Source of the DNA: Methylococcales bacterium
GTDB taxonomy: Bacteria > Pseudomonadota > Gammaproteobacteria > Methylococcales > Methylomonadaceae
Direction of reading: 5' to 3'
Assembly: GCA_028714175.1 (NCBI GenBank)
Contig: JAQTMV010000086.1
Span: forward strand, 1 to 20,103
Length of the DNA stretch: 20,103 nt
Below the pieces are notes generated by a model. It did no database searches. It worked only from the letters and a program-made list of their open reading frames with translations, and was not told where the DNA came from. A program made the position numbers and the translations under genes. This document shows, one piece after another, positions 1 through 7,451 of the stretch (its first letter is position 1; each line of letters opens with the position of its first letter).

Positions 1-1080
1 GTTCGGCGCCGAAACTCGTTTCATCGATGGCCAGCACCCGCCGAATCAGGGGCTCCGCCTCGGCCAGGCGGTTGGTGGCTTTTAGCAGTTGCGCCAGGTT
101 GTTGAGGTCAATGGCGACATCGGGATGCTCGGCGCCGAAACTCGTTTCGTCGATGGCCAGCGCCCGCCCCATCAGCGGTTCCGCCTCGGCCAGGCGGTTG
201 GTGGCTTTTAGCAGTTGAGCCAGGTTATTGAGACGGATAGCGACCTTGGGGTGTTCGGCGCCGAAACTCGTTTCGTCGATGGCCAGCGCCCGCCGCATCA
301 GCGGCTCCGCCTCGGCCAGGCGGTTGGTGGCTTGCAGCAATCCCGCCAGGTTGTTGAGGTCGCGGGCGACATTGGGGTGTTCGGCGCCGAAACTCGTTAC
401 ATCGATGGCCAGCGCCCGCCGCATCAGGGGCTCCGCCTCGGCCAGGCGGTGGGTGGCTTGCAGCAGTTGCGCCAGGTTGTTAAGGTTGACAGCGACATTG
501 GGGTGTTCGGCGCCGAAACCCGTTTCGTCGATGGCCAGCGCCCGCCGCATCAGGGGCTCCGCCTCGGCCAGGCGGTTGGTGGCTTGCAGCAGTAGCGCCA
601 GGTTGTTGAGACGGATGGCGACCTTGGGGTGTTCGGCGCCGAAACTCGTTTCATCGATGGCCAGCGCCCGCCGCATCAGGGGCTCCGCCTCGGCCAGGCG
701 GTTGGTGGCTTGCAGCAGTTGCGCCAGGTTGTTAAGATCGACAGCGACATTGGGGTGTTCGGCGCCGAAACTCGTTTCATCGATGGCCAGCGCCCGCCGC
801 ATCAGGGGCTCCGCCTCGGCCAGGCGGTTGGTGGCTTTTAGCAGTTGCGCCAGGTTGTTGAGACGGATGGCGACCTTGGGATGTTCGGCGCCGAAACTCG
901 TTTCGTCGATGGCCAGCGCCCGCCGCATCAGGGGCTCCGCCTCGGCCAGGCGGTTGGTGTCTTGCAGCAGTTGCGCCAGGTTGTTGAGACGGAGGGCGAC
1001 ATTGGGGTGTTCGGCGCCGAAACTCGTTTCGTCGATGGCCAGCGCCCGCCGCATCAGGGGCTCCGCCTCGCGATAGAGCG
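1..1080. repeat. Tandem array of about 8.6 near-identical 126-bp units. The array continues beyond the window start and encodes the TPR repeats of the NLR-like protein on the minus strand.
   Basis: The motif ggcgccgaaactcgtttc recurs at 7, 133, 259, 385, 511, 637, 763, 889 and 1015 (offsets shifted by 6 versus an earlier rough estimate; the period is 126). Units are roughly 90-95% identical at nucleotide level. Differences cluster in a roughly 45-nt segment of each unit. Confidence 0.95.
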
Positions 1081-2875
1081 CTTTTGTTAAATACATCAGG
1101 CCAAGTTGATTCATCAGGCGGCTGGTAGGGTCGGCGATGCCCTGTTCATCGGCGTAGCGGACGACTGTCAGTGCATGTGGTGCCAACGGCTCAAGTACCG
1201 GCCAGGCTCGTACATCCTGAGGATCGCCAACAAACGCAGCATTGAGCCATTGCGCCATTTCGTTCAAGCGCAGTTGCTCAGGGTCTTTAACCTGTCGTCG
1301 TGTTACTTCCTGCACCAGCTTGTGGATCGTGAAACTGGGGCTGTCGGCAGCGCGGGTAACGAGTGAATACGCTTCCAGATCGGCCAAATCCGCAAACGGG
1401 TCGCCCTCACCGGCAACATGGGGTACCGGCACGTCCAGAAGCGCTTCCGGAACCGGCGCCGGACTCAGCCAGGCAAGGCGTTGCAATAATTGCCGGGCCG
1501 GTTCGCCAAGCTGGTCGAACGAGGTTTGCCAGGTGACAAAAACACTCTTCTGGTAGTTCATCAAGCGCGGGTCGTTCCAGGCCAGCAGCTTATCCCGTTG
1601 CCGGGACCATTCCTGTACATAATTATCCAGGGTCAGGCGGCGCTGGGCAATGTAAGCGCCGGCCTGTTCCAGCGCCAATGGCAGACAATCCAGTTCCCTG
1701 GCCAATGCCTCAGCCTGTTGGTAGTCATCAGGCTGACGGCGCCGTTTGCCGCCGGTGCGCCGCAGCAAGAAGTCACTGGCGGCGGTTTCCGATAGCACCT
1801 GCACCGGCAATACGGTCACAGCATTGCTGTAGTGGCTCAGTCGGCCGGTCACCAACAGATGGCCGCCGCTGAGCTGAGCAATCAGTTCTTCAACGGCGCC
1901 GGCCGACTCCTCGCTATCGACGTTGTCGAGAATCATGAGCCAGCCCGGATGTTGGTTTAGCCAACTTAAGGCCGCATCGCGTTTTTTACCTTCGTCGGTT
2001 TCAGCTTGTTCAGGAAGATCCAGTATCCTGCGTTGAGTTAATGCCGCCAGATTACTTTGTAATGCGGTGGCCGTATCCGCGCCTGCGAATAACCGGGCGC
2101 TGTAACTTTCCGCATGCCGCCAGGCGTACTCAAGGGCAAGACGGGTTTTGCCGACACCTCCCAGGCCGCTGAGCACCCGGGCGACGGCTGGCGAACCCGC
2201 CATGTCCGGCACCGGACCCAGGCTTTGGCTCAGGTCTTCAAGCCAGGCATCCCGGCCCATGAATTGATCGCCGATGCTGGCGTCCGGCAGGTAAACCGGC
2301 TTGGTAACCGCGCCAGCCCGGGCCAGAATATCGTGAAGTTTGGAACGCAACACATCGACCGCCAGCCGGTCAGCGCTGGCAAATTGAATTTCCGGGTAGC
2401 GTTCAACCGCAGCCAAGCGGGCAAGATGGTGCTGTTGCTGGCTGCGCTGTTCTTCGATCAGTGTATAACCGGCATCGCGTTTGGCATCCACAGTCGGGAC
2501 AGCGATGATTAAGGTTTTATCGTGGTAGAGCGCCAGCCACGCTTCCCATTGGGTATAAGAGAGCGCCTGCGCACCGGGTTGCAGACAATCAACCAGCGGC
2601 GGCAGTCTTTGGCCAAGGTCCGGATAGCGCGTGCGGATCAAAACCAATGAGGGCGGCTGCGCGAGCGCACCCGTCATGTCACCCACCAGATGGATCACGG
2701 CATCGCAGTGGCGGATGTAGTCATCCAGCTTATCCAGCGTTTCGGTGCCGGTCGCGATGAAATCTTCCTGTACTTTGACCGAAACGTTGGGGCGTTCCAG
2801 GTCATGGCGCAAGGCATCGCGGTAACTACGAAACTCATCGCTGACGGTGGACAGGAAAAGGCTAACCTGCGTCAT
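1..2875 (-). CDS. NLR-like STAND NTPase with a DUF4062-like N-terminal domain, an NB-ARC module and C-terminal TPR repeats. The C-terminus is truncated by the window start.
   Basis: The minus-strand frame is open from the ATG at 2875-2873 to position 1. An aagga SD lies 9 nt upstream. The N-terminus reads MTQVSLFLSTVSDEFRSYRDALRHDL...DAVIHLVGDMTGA, which fits a DUF4062-like pattern. NB-ARC motifs are the P-loop GLGGVGKTRLALEYA, Walker B LMILDNVD, an RNBS-B-like GGHLLVTGR and the GxP motif LDCLPLALEQAG. These are followed by 42-aa TPR_10/12-like repeats (AEHPNVALRLNNLAQLLQDTNRLAEAEPLMRRALAIDETSFG) filling 1-1080. It is absent from the ORF track only because it runs off the window edge. Confidence 0.85.
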   Translation of the reverse strand, partial: MTQVSLFLSTVSDEFRSYRDALRHDLERPNVSVKVQEDFIATGTETLDKLDDYIRHCDAVIHLVGDMTGALAQPPSLVLIRTRYPDLGQRLPPLVDCLQPGAQALSYTQWEAWLALYHDKTLIIAVPTVDAKRDAGYTLIEEQRSQQQHHLARLAAVERYPEIQFASADRLAVDVLRSKLHDILARAGAVTKPVYLPDASIGDQFMGRDAWLEDLSQSLGPVPDMAGSPAVARVLSGLGGVGKTRLALEYAWRHAESYSARLFAGADTATALQSNLAALTQRRILDLPEQAETDEGKKRDAALSWLNQHPGWLMILDNVDSEESAGAVEELIAQLSGGHLLVTGRLSHYSNAVTVLPVQVLSETAASDFLLRRTGGKRRRQPDDYQQAEALARELDCLPLALEQAGAYIAQRRLTLDNYVQEWSRQRDKLLAWNDPRLMNYQKSVFVTWQTSFDQLGEPARQLLQRLAWLSPAPVPEALLDVPVPHVAGEGDPFADLADLEAYSLVTRAADSPSFTIHKLVQEVTRRQVKDPEQLRLNEMAQWLNAAFVGDPQDVRAWPVLEPLAPHALTVVRYADEQGIADPTSRLMNQLGLMYLTKALYREAEPLMRRALAIDETSFGAEHPNVALRLNNLAQLLQDTNRLAEAEPLMRRALAIDETSFGAEHPKVAIRLNNLAQLLKATNRLAEAEPLMRRALAIDETSFGAEHPNVAVDLNNLAQLLQATNRLAEAEPLMRRALAIDETSFGAEHPKVAIRLNNLALLLQATNRLAEAEPLMRRALAIDETGFGAEHPNVAVNLNNLAQLLQATHRLAEAEPLMRRALAIDVTSFGAEHPNVARDLNNLAGLLQATNRLAEAEPLMRRALAIDETSFGAEHPKVAIRLNNLAQLLKATNRLAEAEPLMGRALAIDETSFGAEHPDVAIDLNNLAQLLKATNRLAEAEPLIRRVLAIDETSFGAE

Positions 2876-3134
2876 GTTGATGTCCTTGTAACTGAGTGAT
2901 TGGTTTTATCTCGCCTCAGCAGGCGCCACTATAAAGAACAGGGTCAGATTTCAGTTATATAACCTATTCAAGTCATAAAACCATCTGCTTTTAAATTGGG
3001 GAAGCAGGTATGGATTTTTAGCCTCAAGCTATCATCCCCAGCCTATACAGCAAGCATTAACTATTCGGGGCAATGATCGATTGGAATTCATTTGTGCTAA
3101 CGAAAATTATACGCGCTACCAGGAAATATTAACA

Positions 3135-3260
3135 ATGGTTGCCGCAAACACGGCTTTTACAGATGGGCTGGCAAGCGATTCGGTTGCTTATCCGTGGCCT
3201 GGTTATCATTCCAATGCCTTATTGAATGTCTGTTTATCCCATTTTAAAGGTCAGCTCTAG
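3135..3260 (+). CDS. Hypothetical small protein of 41 aa (MVAANTAFTDGLASDSVAYPWPGYHSNALLNVCLSHFKGQL).
   Basis: An ATG at 3135 is preceded by aggaaa 8 nt upstream. The TAG stop at 3258-3260 is followed 12 nt later by a strong hairpin terminator. The ORF is below the length cutoff of the ORF track. It has no recognisable domain, so coding status is unproven. Confidence 0.25.
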   Translation: MVAANTAFTDGLASDSVAYPWPGYHSNALLNVCLSHFKGQL

Positions 3261-3272
3261 TAAATTTTGGGC

Positions 3273-3300
3273 GGCCACTATGCATAGTGGCCGGTTTTTG
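3273..3300 (+). terminator. Rho-independent terminator-like hairpin.
   Basis: A perfect 20-nt palindrome ggccactatgcatagtggcc at 3273-3292 is followed by ggtttttg. Confidence 0.5.
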
Positions 3301-3361
3301 CCTGTCAGACCTTGTCGATACCAATGGCCGCTGTAATAATCGTTAGCTGCCATTCTCCACA

Positions 3362-4795
3362 TTGTTTTCAGGAAGTTCATCCTGCTGGAACCAGCCGAAA
3401 TATTATATTGCCAGTAATGGAAGCCTTGGCGCGAAAAGCGTAACGGATAAGCCTGGCGCACTGGAAAGCATCGCGCAGCTCATGCACAACTATGACATTA
3501 CGCCCGCCGAAGTCGAAGCCGCCTTTCATGCGCCTGCCGCTTCCCGGCCTGTGCCTGCTCGGCGCAGCAGCGGCGATATCGCCAAGACCCTCTTCACTTA
3601 TCTCGGCGCAATTTTAATTGTCTCGGGCATCAGTGCCTATATCGGTACATTCTGGGAGAGCATGGGCAGTGTGATGCGGATTTTTGTGACACTAGGCGTT
3701 GGCTATATTCTGACCATCGTGCTGATTTCAGCTCTGCATGAGAAAAAATATCCGAGGCTTATCCTGCCGTTTGCGCTAGCCTCCGTGTTCATGCTGACAG
3801 GTGGCTGGTTCGTGCTCATCCACGAGTTGTTCCCGCACGGCGACAACTGGCGTGCCGCAGTGCTCTTCGTTTTCGGTGTTATGGCCCTGCACCAAGGTGC
3901 GCTGCTCAGCAAATACGGGCTAACGGTGCTGGCATTTACGGCACTCTTTTTTGTTTATGGATTTTTGCAAGTGGGCTTCGATCTGCTCGGCGTCCCGATC
4001 GCTGTCATCGCCATTGTCCTTGGCTGCTCGCTATTCCTGGTCGCCACCGCATTAGAGAACACGTCTCACCGCATACTCGCAGAACCCGCTTTGTTGAACG
4101 GGACCTGCTGGCTGAACGGCGGCCTGTTCGACCGCATCGCCATTGCCATCTCCGCGAACTGGGCGAGTCTGCTCACTGGTGTGTGCGTGATGTCCGCTGC
4201 CTATGGGCTGCAGAAGGCGGGGCGGTATTCGCGCCTGACCGGTCTCGGCTTTTTTGTCGGATCGATCATGGCCTATGACGGCTTGTTTGACCTCGTGCGC
4301 AACACGCCCGCCGAACTCTTCTACCTCGCAGTAACGACATCGATGCTCTATGCCTGCGTGGTTCTACAAAGCTGGTCGCTGTTATTCACCACTGTCGTTG
4401 CCATGCTCGGTTTCATCGGGTTTTACACTGCGCAATATTTCGCAAATTCTTTGGGCTGGCCCATCTCGCTTCTCCTCATGGGTGTCGCTTTCCTGGGCGT
4501 CGGCACGATTGCCATGAAGGTAAGACGATACATCCATCTAGCTATTCCTGGAAAATTTAGCTACAGGGAAATTAATTCTAAACTCAGCCCCCGGCCTGAC
4601 ATTAATCACATCGATCTTTCCATTCATATTCATCGTCATCTGATGTGCCAACGCCAACCCTATTCCAGTGCCTACAGTTTCACGAGTAAGCTCGTTTTCG
4701 CTGCGGTAAAACAGTTTAAAAATTTTCTTCATCTGGTCTTTGGCAACGCCGGGTCCAAAATCACGGACTATAAATTGCACACAGCCGGTAGTTAA
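3362..4795 (+). CDS. Polytopic inner-membrane protein with about 10 predicted TM helices and a soluble N-terminal region of about 70 aa. The start is uncertain. The last 90-odd codons lie past a compositional junction and are probably not native.
   Basis: A long ORF begins with TTG at 3362 and has internal ATGs at 3482 and about 3650. It contains many hydrophobic helices, for example LFTYLGAILIVSGISAYIGTFW, IFVTLGVGYILTIVLISAL, LILPFALASVFMLTGGWFVLI and LLGVPIAVIAIVLGCSLFLVATAL. GC falls from about 60% to about 40% near 4520, and after that the ORF runs antisense through the 3' end of the histidine-kinase gene. Confidence 0.55.
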   Translation: MFSGSSSCWNQPKYYIASNGSLGAKSVTDKPGALESIAQLMHNYDITPAEVEAAFHAPAASRPVPARRSSGDIAKTLFTYLGAILIVSGISAYIGTFWESMGSVMRIFVTLGVGYILTIVLISALHEKKYPRLILPFALASVFMLTGGWFVLIHELFPHGDNWRAAVLFVFGVMALHQGALLSKYGLTVLAFTALFFVYGFLQVGFDLLGVPIAVIAIVLGCSLFLVATALENTSHRILAEPALLNGTCWLNGGLFDRIAIAISANWASLLTGVCVMSAAYGLQKAGRYSRLTGLGFFVGSIMAYDGLFDLVRNTPAELFYLAVTTSMLYACVVLQSWSLLFTTVVAMLGFIGFYTAQYFANSLGWPISLLLMGVAFLGVGTIAMKVRRYIHLAIPGKFSYREINSKLSPRPDINHIDLSIHIHRHLMCQRQPYSSAYSFTSKLVFAAVKQFKNFLHLVFGNAGSKITDYKLHTAGS

Positions 4796-6664
4796 TAAAT
4801 GGCAGCTTAGTTCAATCACTTTTTTATCTGCCCTAGCGGAAAATTTGATGGCATTATCGACCAGATTAATCATGATTTGAATCAACGAGTCGGGATTTAC
4901 CTTGATTTTGGCTTGAGCCGCCTCCTGATCACAGGACAATTTTAATTCAAACCCCGCCCGCATGATTTGGCTGGAAACTTTCGATTGAATGCCGTCCATC
5001 AATTCGGCAGCCGTCAGACATTTCAGATGAGGCGGTTTATCGTTGCGAGTCAATTTGGCAAGCTGCAGTACATTATTGATCAAACGTGTAAGACGTTCGC
5101 TTTCATCCAGGATAAAATCGTAATAGGATAGTTTCCTGCATTCATCGACCCAGCCTGCTTGAAGCATTTCGCCGTACATGCGGATCGAAGTGAGCGGGGT
5201 TTTCAATTCATGGCTGACCGCAGAAACAAAATCCTGCTGTTGATTGACCAGCTTTATTTGGCCGATGCCGAGCCGGTACAAAGCATAAAATCCGCCAAAA
5301 AATACGATGACCAGTACGATTGTCAACCAGATAATGACCCATCCTCCAGAACCGACAGGAAGCCGGGTTATGCTGAAAATAAGTTGTAATTCACTTAATG
5401 GATCAGACAACTGGGCTTGATAAAGCAACTCGCCGGTTAACTCTTTAGCGCTAGATAAATATCCACGCGGACTTCGACCGGTAAAAGCAGACAGTACATT
5501 GCCTTGAAAAACAACGAGCAAATCGCTCATTTGTGAAAGCGCGGTTTCCTGAAAAGCAGAATTGATATTTCCCTGTAGGAAAAAATCTTTTTCAATCAAT
5601 AAGCCCTGGATATAACGCTGACCATTCAGCCACACTTTACGAAACAGGACAAAGTGGCCACTGTCGAGTTGGCTGAATTCAAATGGATCAATGGCGCTTT
5701 CAAATGTGCGGATTCGCAAAGGTTTGGCATCAGACCTAATGGCAGACGTTGCCGGGAAGCTGCTTTCTTCCATTGCGTAGCCGGCTGTTTTTTTTGCTTT
5801 CCCGATTCCTTCGGGCAATATATTTTGTTCGGTTCGCGCTTTTTTTTGTAACTTGCCTGTTATGTTTTCCTTTGTTTCCGCCAGTTTTGGTTTGGTGGCT
5901 TCAACTTGAAATGATTGCCTTAATTCTACATCCTCCAATCGACCCAATTTGTTTTCCTGCTGGCTTTTCCCTGGAGCAATTTTATTGAGTTCGTCAAAAG
6001 CCGCCTGACCTTCGCTTGCGGGAGATGCAGCTGATTTTTCAAGCTTGCCTTTCAGGGTGCTTGCACCAGAGGAGACGGCATCTTTTTCCCTTTCGGCCAA
6101 ACCGCTATCCGGTTTATTAAGCGAATTACTGTGTACGTCCTTATCCTGTTTCCCAGAAATGGCGGTTTGAGTCCTCACCAAACGGTTTTTGTTCAATATC
6201 AGTTGTATCCGGTTCTGCAAGTCGATTCTTGCCGCCAGTTCTTGTTCAGTAATGCCGTAACTTCCGGCTTTTTCGTTGTCTTCCGGGATAAAAGGCGTTA
6301 CTAATTTACCTGCCGCATCCACCTGGAAATAACCGATTAAACCGGGTATTTCCGATTGAACAGGGTACTTGGAAAGCGGCGAACATTGTAAAAAGTTAGC
6401 GCTTGAAACACCCGCCACGTTTAAAAAGGAATAATCGGTGAACGCCCGTTGCTCTTCGATAGTAATCAGCCGAATCAAATGATTGTTGATGCGGTTGGTC
6501 AGTTCGTCCGCCATCAACTGATGCTGGTGAAAAGTTTCCCATTTCAACCGGCTATAGGATTGCTGAATCAATAGTGTAGTGGGTATCGCCAGGGTCAGGA
6601 ATAGTACTGTCAACCACCACCGGAGTGTGCTTTTATTCAGCCTTTCAAGATGATTGCGTTTCAT
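4538..6664 (-). CDS. Sensor histidine kinase (two TM segments, periplasmic sensor domain, HisKA and HATPase_c).
   Basis: TM1 is WWLTVLFLTLAIPTTLL and TM2 is GGWVIIWLTIVLVIVFFGGFYALY. The H-box is SAVSHELKTPLTSIRMYGEML, the N-box is LVDNAIKFS, G1 is VRDFGPGV and G2 is GTGIGLALAHQ. Its start overlaps the upstream response-regulator stop by 4 nt (ATGA). Confidence 0.9.
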   Translation of the reverse strand: MKRNHLERLNKSTLRWWLTVLFLTLAIPTTLLIQQSYSRLKWETFHQHQLMADELTNRINNHLIRLITIEEQRAFTDYSFLNVAGVSSANFLQCSPLSKYPVQSEIPGLIGYFQVDAAGKLVTPFIPEDNEKAGSYGITEQELAARIDLQNRIQLILNKNRLVRTQTAISGKQDKDVHSNSLNKPDSGLAEREKDAVSSGASTLKGKLEKSAASPASEGQAAFDELNKIAPGKSQQENKLGRLEDVELRQSFQVEATKPKLAETKENITGKLQKKARTEQNILPEGIGKAKKTAGYAMEESSFPATSAIRSDAKPLRIRTFESAIDPFEFSQLDSGHFVLFRKVWLNGQRYIQGLLIEKDFFLQGNINSAFQETALSQMSDLLVVFQGNVLSAFTGRSPRGYLSSAKELTGELLYQAQLSDPLSELQLIFSITRLPVGSGGWVIIWLTIVLVIVFFGGFYALYRLGIGQIKLVNQQQDFVSAVSHELKTPLTSIRMYGEMLQAGWVDECRKLSYYDFILDESERLTRLINNVLQLAKLTRNDKPPHLKCLTAAELMDGIQSKVSSQIMRAGFELKLSCDQEAAQAKIKVNPDSLIQIMINLVDNAIKFSARADKKVIELSCHLLTTGCVQFIVRDFGPGVAKDQMKKIFKLFYRSENELTRETVGTGIGLALAHQMTMNMNGKIDVINVRPGAEFRINFPVAKFSRNS

Positions 6665-7368
6665 CGCGATTGACCGAGCAACCGGTAACCGGCGCCACGC
6701 ACTGTAATCAGAAATTGAGGTTCGGCTGGATCAACTTCAATTTTACGGCGGAGTTTGGCGATGTGGATATCAACGGTACGGGTTTCTATGTCCAGATGCC
6801 TGGCATAGCCCCACACTTTATTTAACAATTCTTCGCGGGATACCGGGCGTTCCGTATTGCTTTGCAGGTACTGCAGAATCTCTATTTCACGCCGTGTGAA
6901 GGAAAAGTTTTCGGCCCCGTACCGCCCGGTGAGATTTTGGCAATCAATTGATAAATCATTGCCCAATTGTATCGTTTTATTTTGCGCTAACCCATTTCGG
7001 GTTCGACGTAAAACAGCCTGCACCCTGAGTACCAGTTGCGCCACCGAAAACGGCTTGGCGACATAATCATCCGCACCCAGCGATAACCCTTCAATAATAT
7101 CTTCATCACTGCTTTTTGCCGTCAGCATAATAATGGCATGATCATGAGCCTGCTCACGGATTCGATTACAAATTTCAAAACCGTTCATGCCCGGCAACAT
7201 GACATCCAGCAGAATCAAGTCGAATTTGCCGGTTAAAGCCCTATCCAAGCCTTCAACGCCATGCCCGGAAAAGTCGACCTCGTAGCCGTGATAGACGAAC
7301 ACATCGATCAGTCCGATACGGATAGCGGCTTCATCTTCAATAATCAGAATGCGTAATTTACGGGACAT
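6661..7368 (-). CDS. OmpR/PhoB-family response regulator (receiver domain plus winged-helix Trans_reg_C).
   Basis: Chosen start is MSRKLRILIIEDE (ATG at 7368). The ORF track extends it to a TTG at 7407. The receiver shows the conserved acidic pocket and LILLDVMLPGMNG, with the phosphoacceptor Asp in LLDVMLP. The C-terminal domain reads TVDIHIAKLRRKIE...VRGAGYRL. Confidence 0.9.
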   Translation of the reverse strand: MSRKLRILIIEDEAAIRIGLIDVFVYHGYEVDFSGHGVEGLDRALTGKFDLILLDVMLPGMNGFEICNRIREQAHDHAIIMLTAKSSDEDIIEGLSLGADDYVAKPFSVAQLVLRVQAVLRRTRNGLAQNKTIQLGNDLSIDCQNLTGRYGAENFSFTRREIEILQYLQSNTERPVSREELLNKVWGYARHLDIETRTVDIHIAKLRRKIEVDPAEPQFLITVRGAGYRLLGQSR

Positions 7369-7434
7369 GGCAACTAGTGGGCCGGATAGAAACGAATAGT
7401 TTAGCAAGAGGAAGACATTTTCCTGCTTTTCATA

Positions 7435-7451
7435 TGTAAATTGTTTGTAAA
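7435..7451. promoter_or_regulatory. Direct repeat TGTAAA-N5-TGTAAA (11-bp periodicity) in the intergenic region between the two-component operon and the divergent pspA-like operon. Candidate OmpR-family binding site.
   Basis: TGTAAA at 7435-7440 and again at 7446-7451. OmpR/PhoB regulators typically bind direct repeats with about 10-11 bp spacing (established knowledge). Binding is not shown. Confidence 0.3.

Noticed and set aside
1-1080. Could the tandem repeats be a CRISPR array or a satellite?
   Set aside because: Units are 126 bp with no unique spacers. They are in frame with, and contiguous to, a long protein-coding frame. The periodicity is a multiple of 3 and encodes a recognisable TPR motif.
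27-1090. Plus-strand ORFs in the ORF track (27-218, 215-595, 228-1076, 629-841, 845-1090) with repetitive Ala/Arg/Ser-rich or Gly/Gln-rich translations.
   Set aside because: They are alternative-frame or opposite-strand readings of the 126-bp repeat array. The minus-strand frame gives a coherent TPR protein contiguous with an NB-ARC domain, and the plus-strand products are low-complexity artefacts.
1106-2899. Plus-strand and short minus-strand ORFs inside the NLR-like gene (1106-1366, 1242-1556, 1490-1795, 1678-1872, 2114-2512, 2230-2424, 2690-2899).
   Set aside because: They are entirely embedded in the 2.9-kb NB-ARC/DUF4062 reading frame on the minus strand and are typical GC-rich antisense ORFs with no motifs.
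4521-4795. C-terminal roughly 90 aa of the 3362-4795 ORF as a genuine protein tail.
   Set aside because: This stretch lies beyond a sharp GC drop, is hydrophilic with odd composition, and is antisense to the conserved HATPase end of the kinase. It is more likely read-through across a recombination junction.
5159-6825. Plus-strand ORFs 5159-5389, 5654-5851, 5749-5988, 6625-6825, 6857-7066 and the minus ORF 3703-3912.
   Set aside because: They are antisense to, or embedded in, the well-supported histidine kinase, response regulator and membrane-protein genes. There are no RBS signals or motifs.
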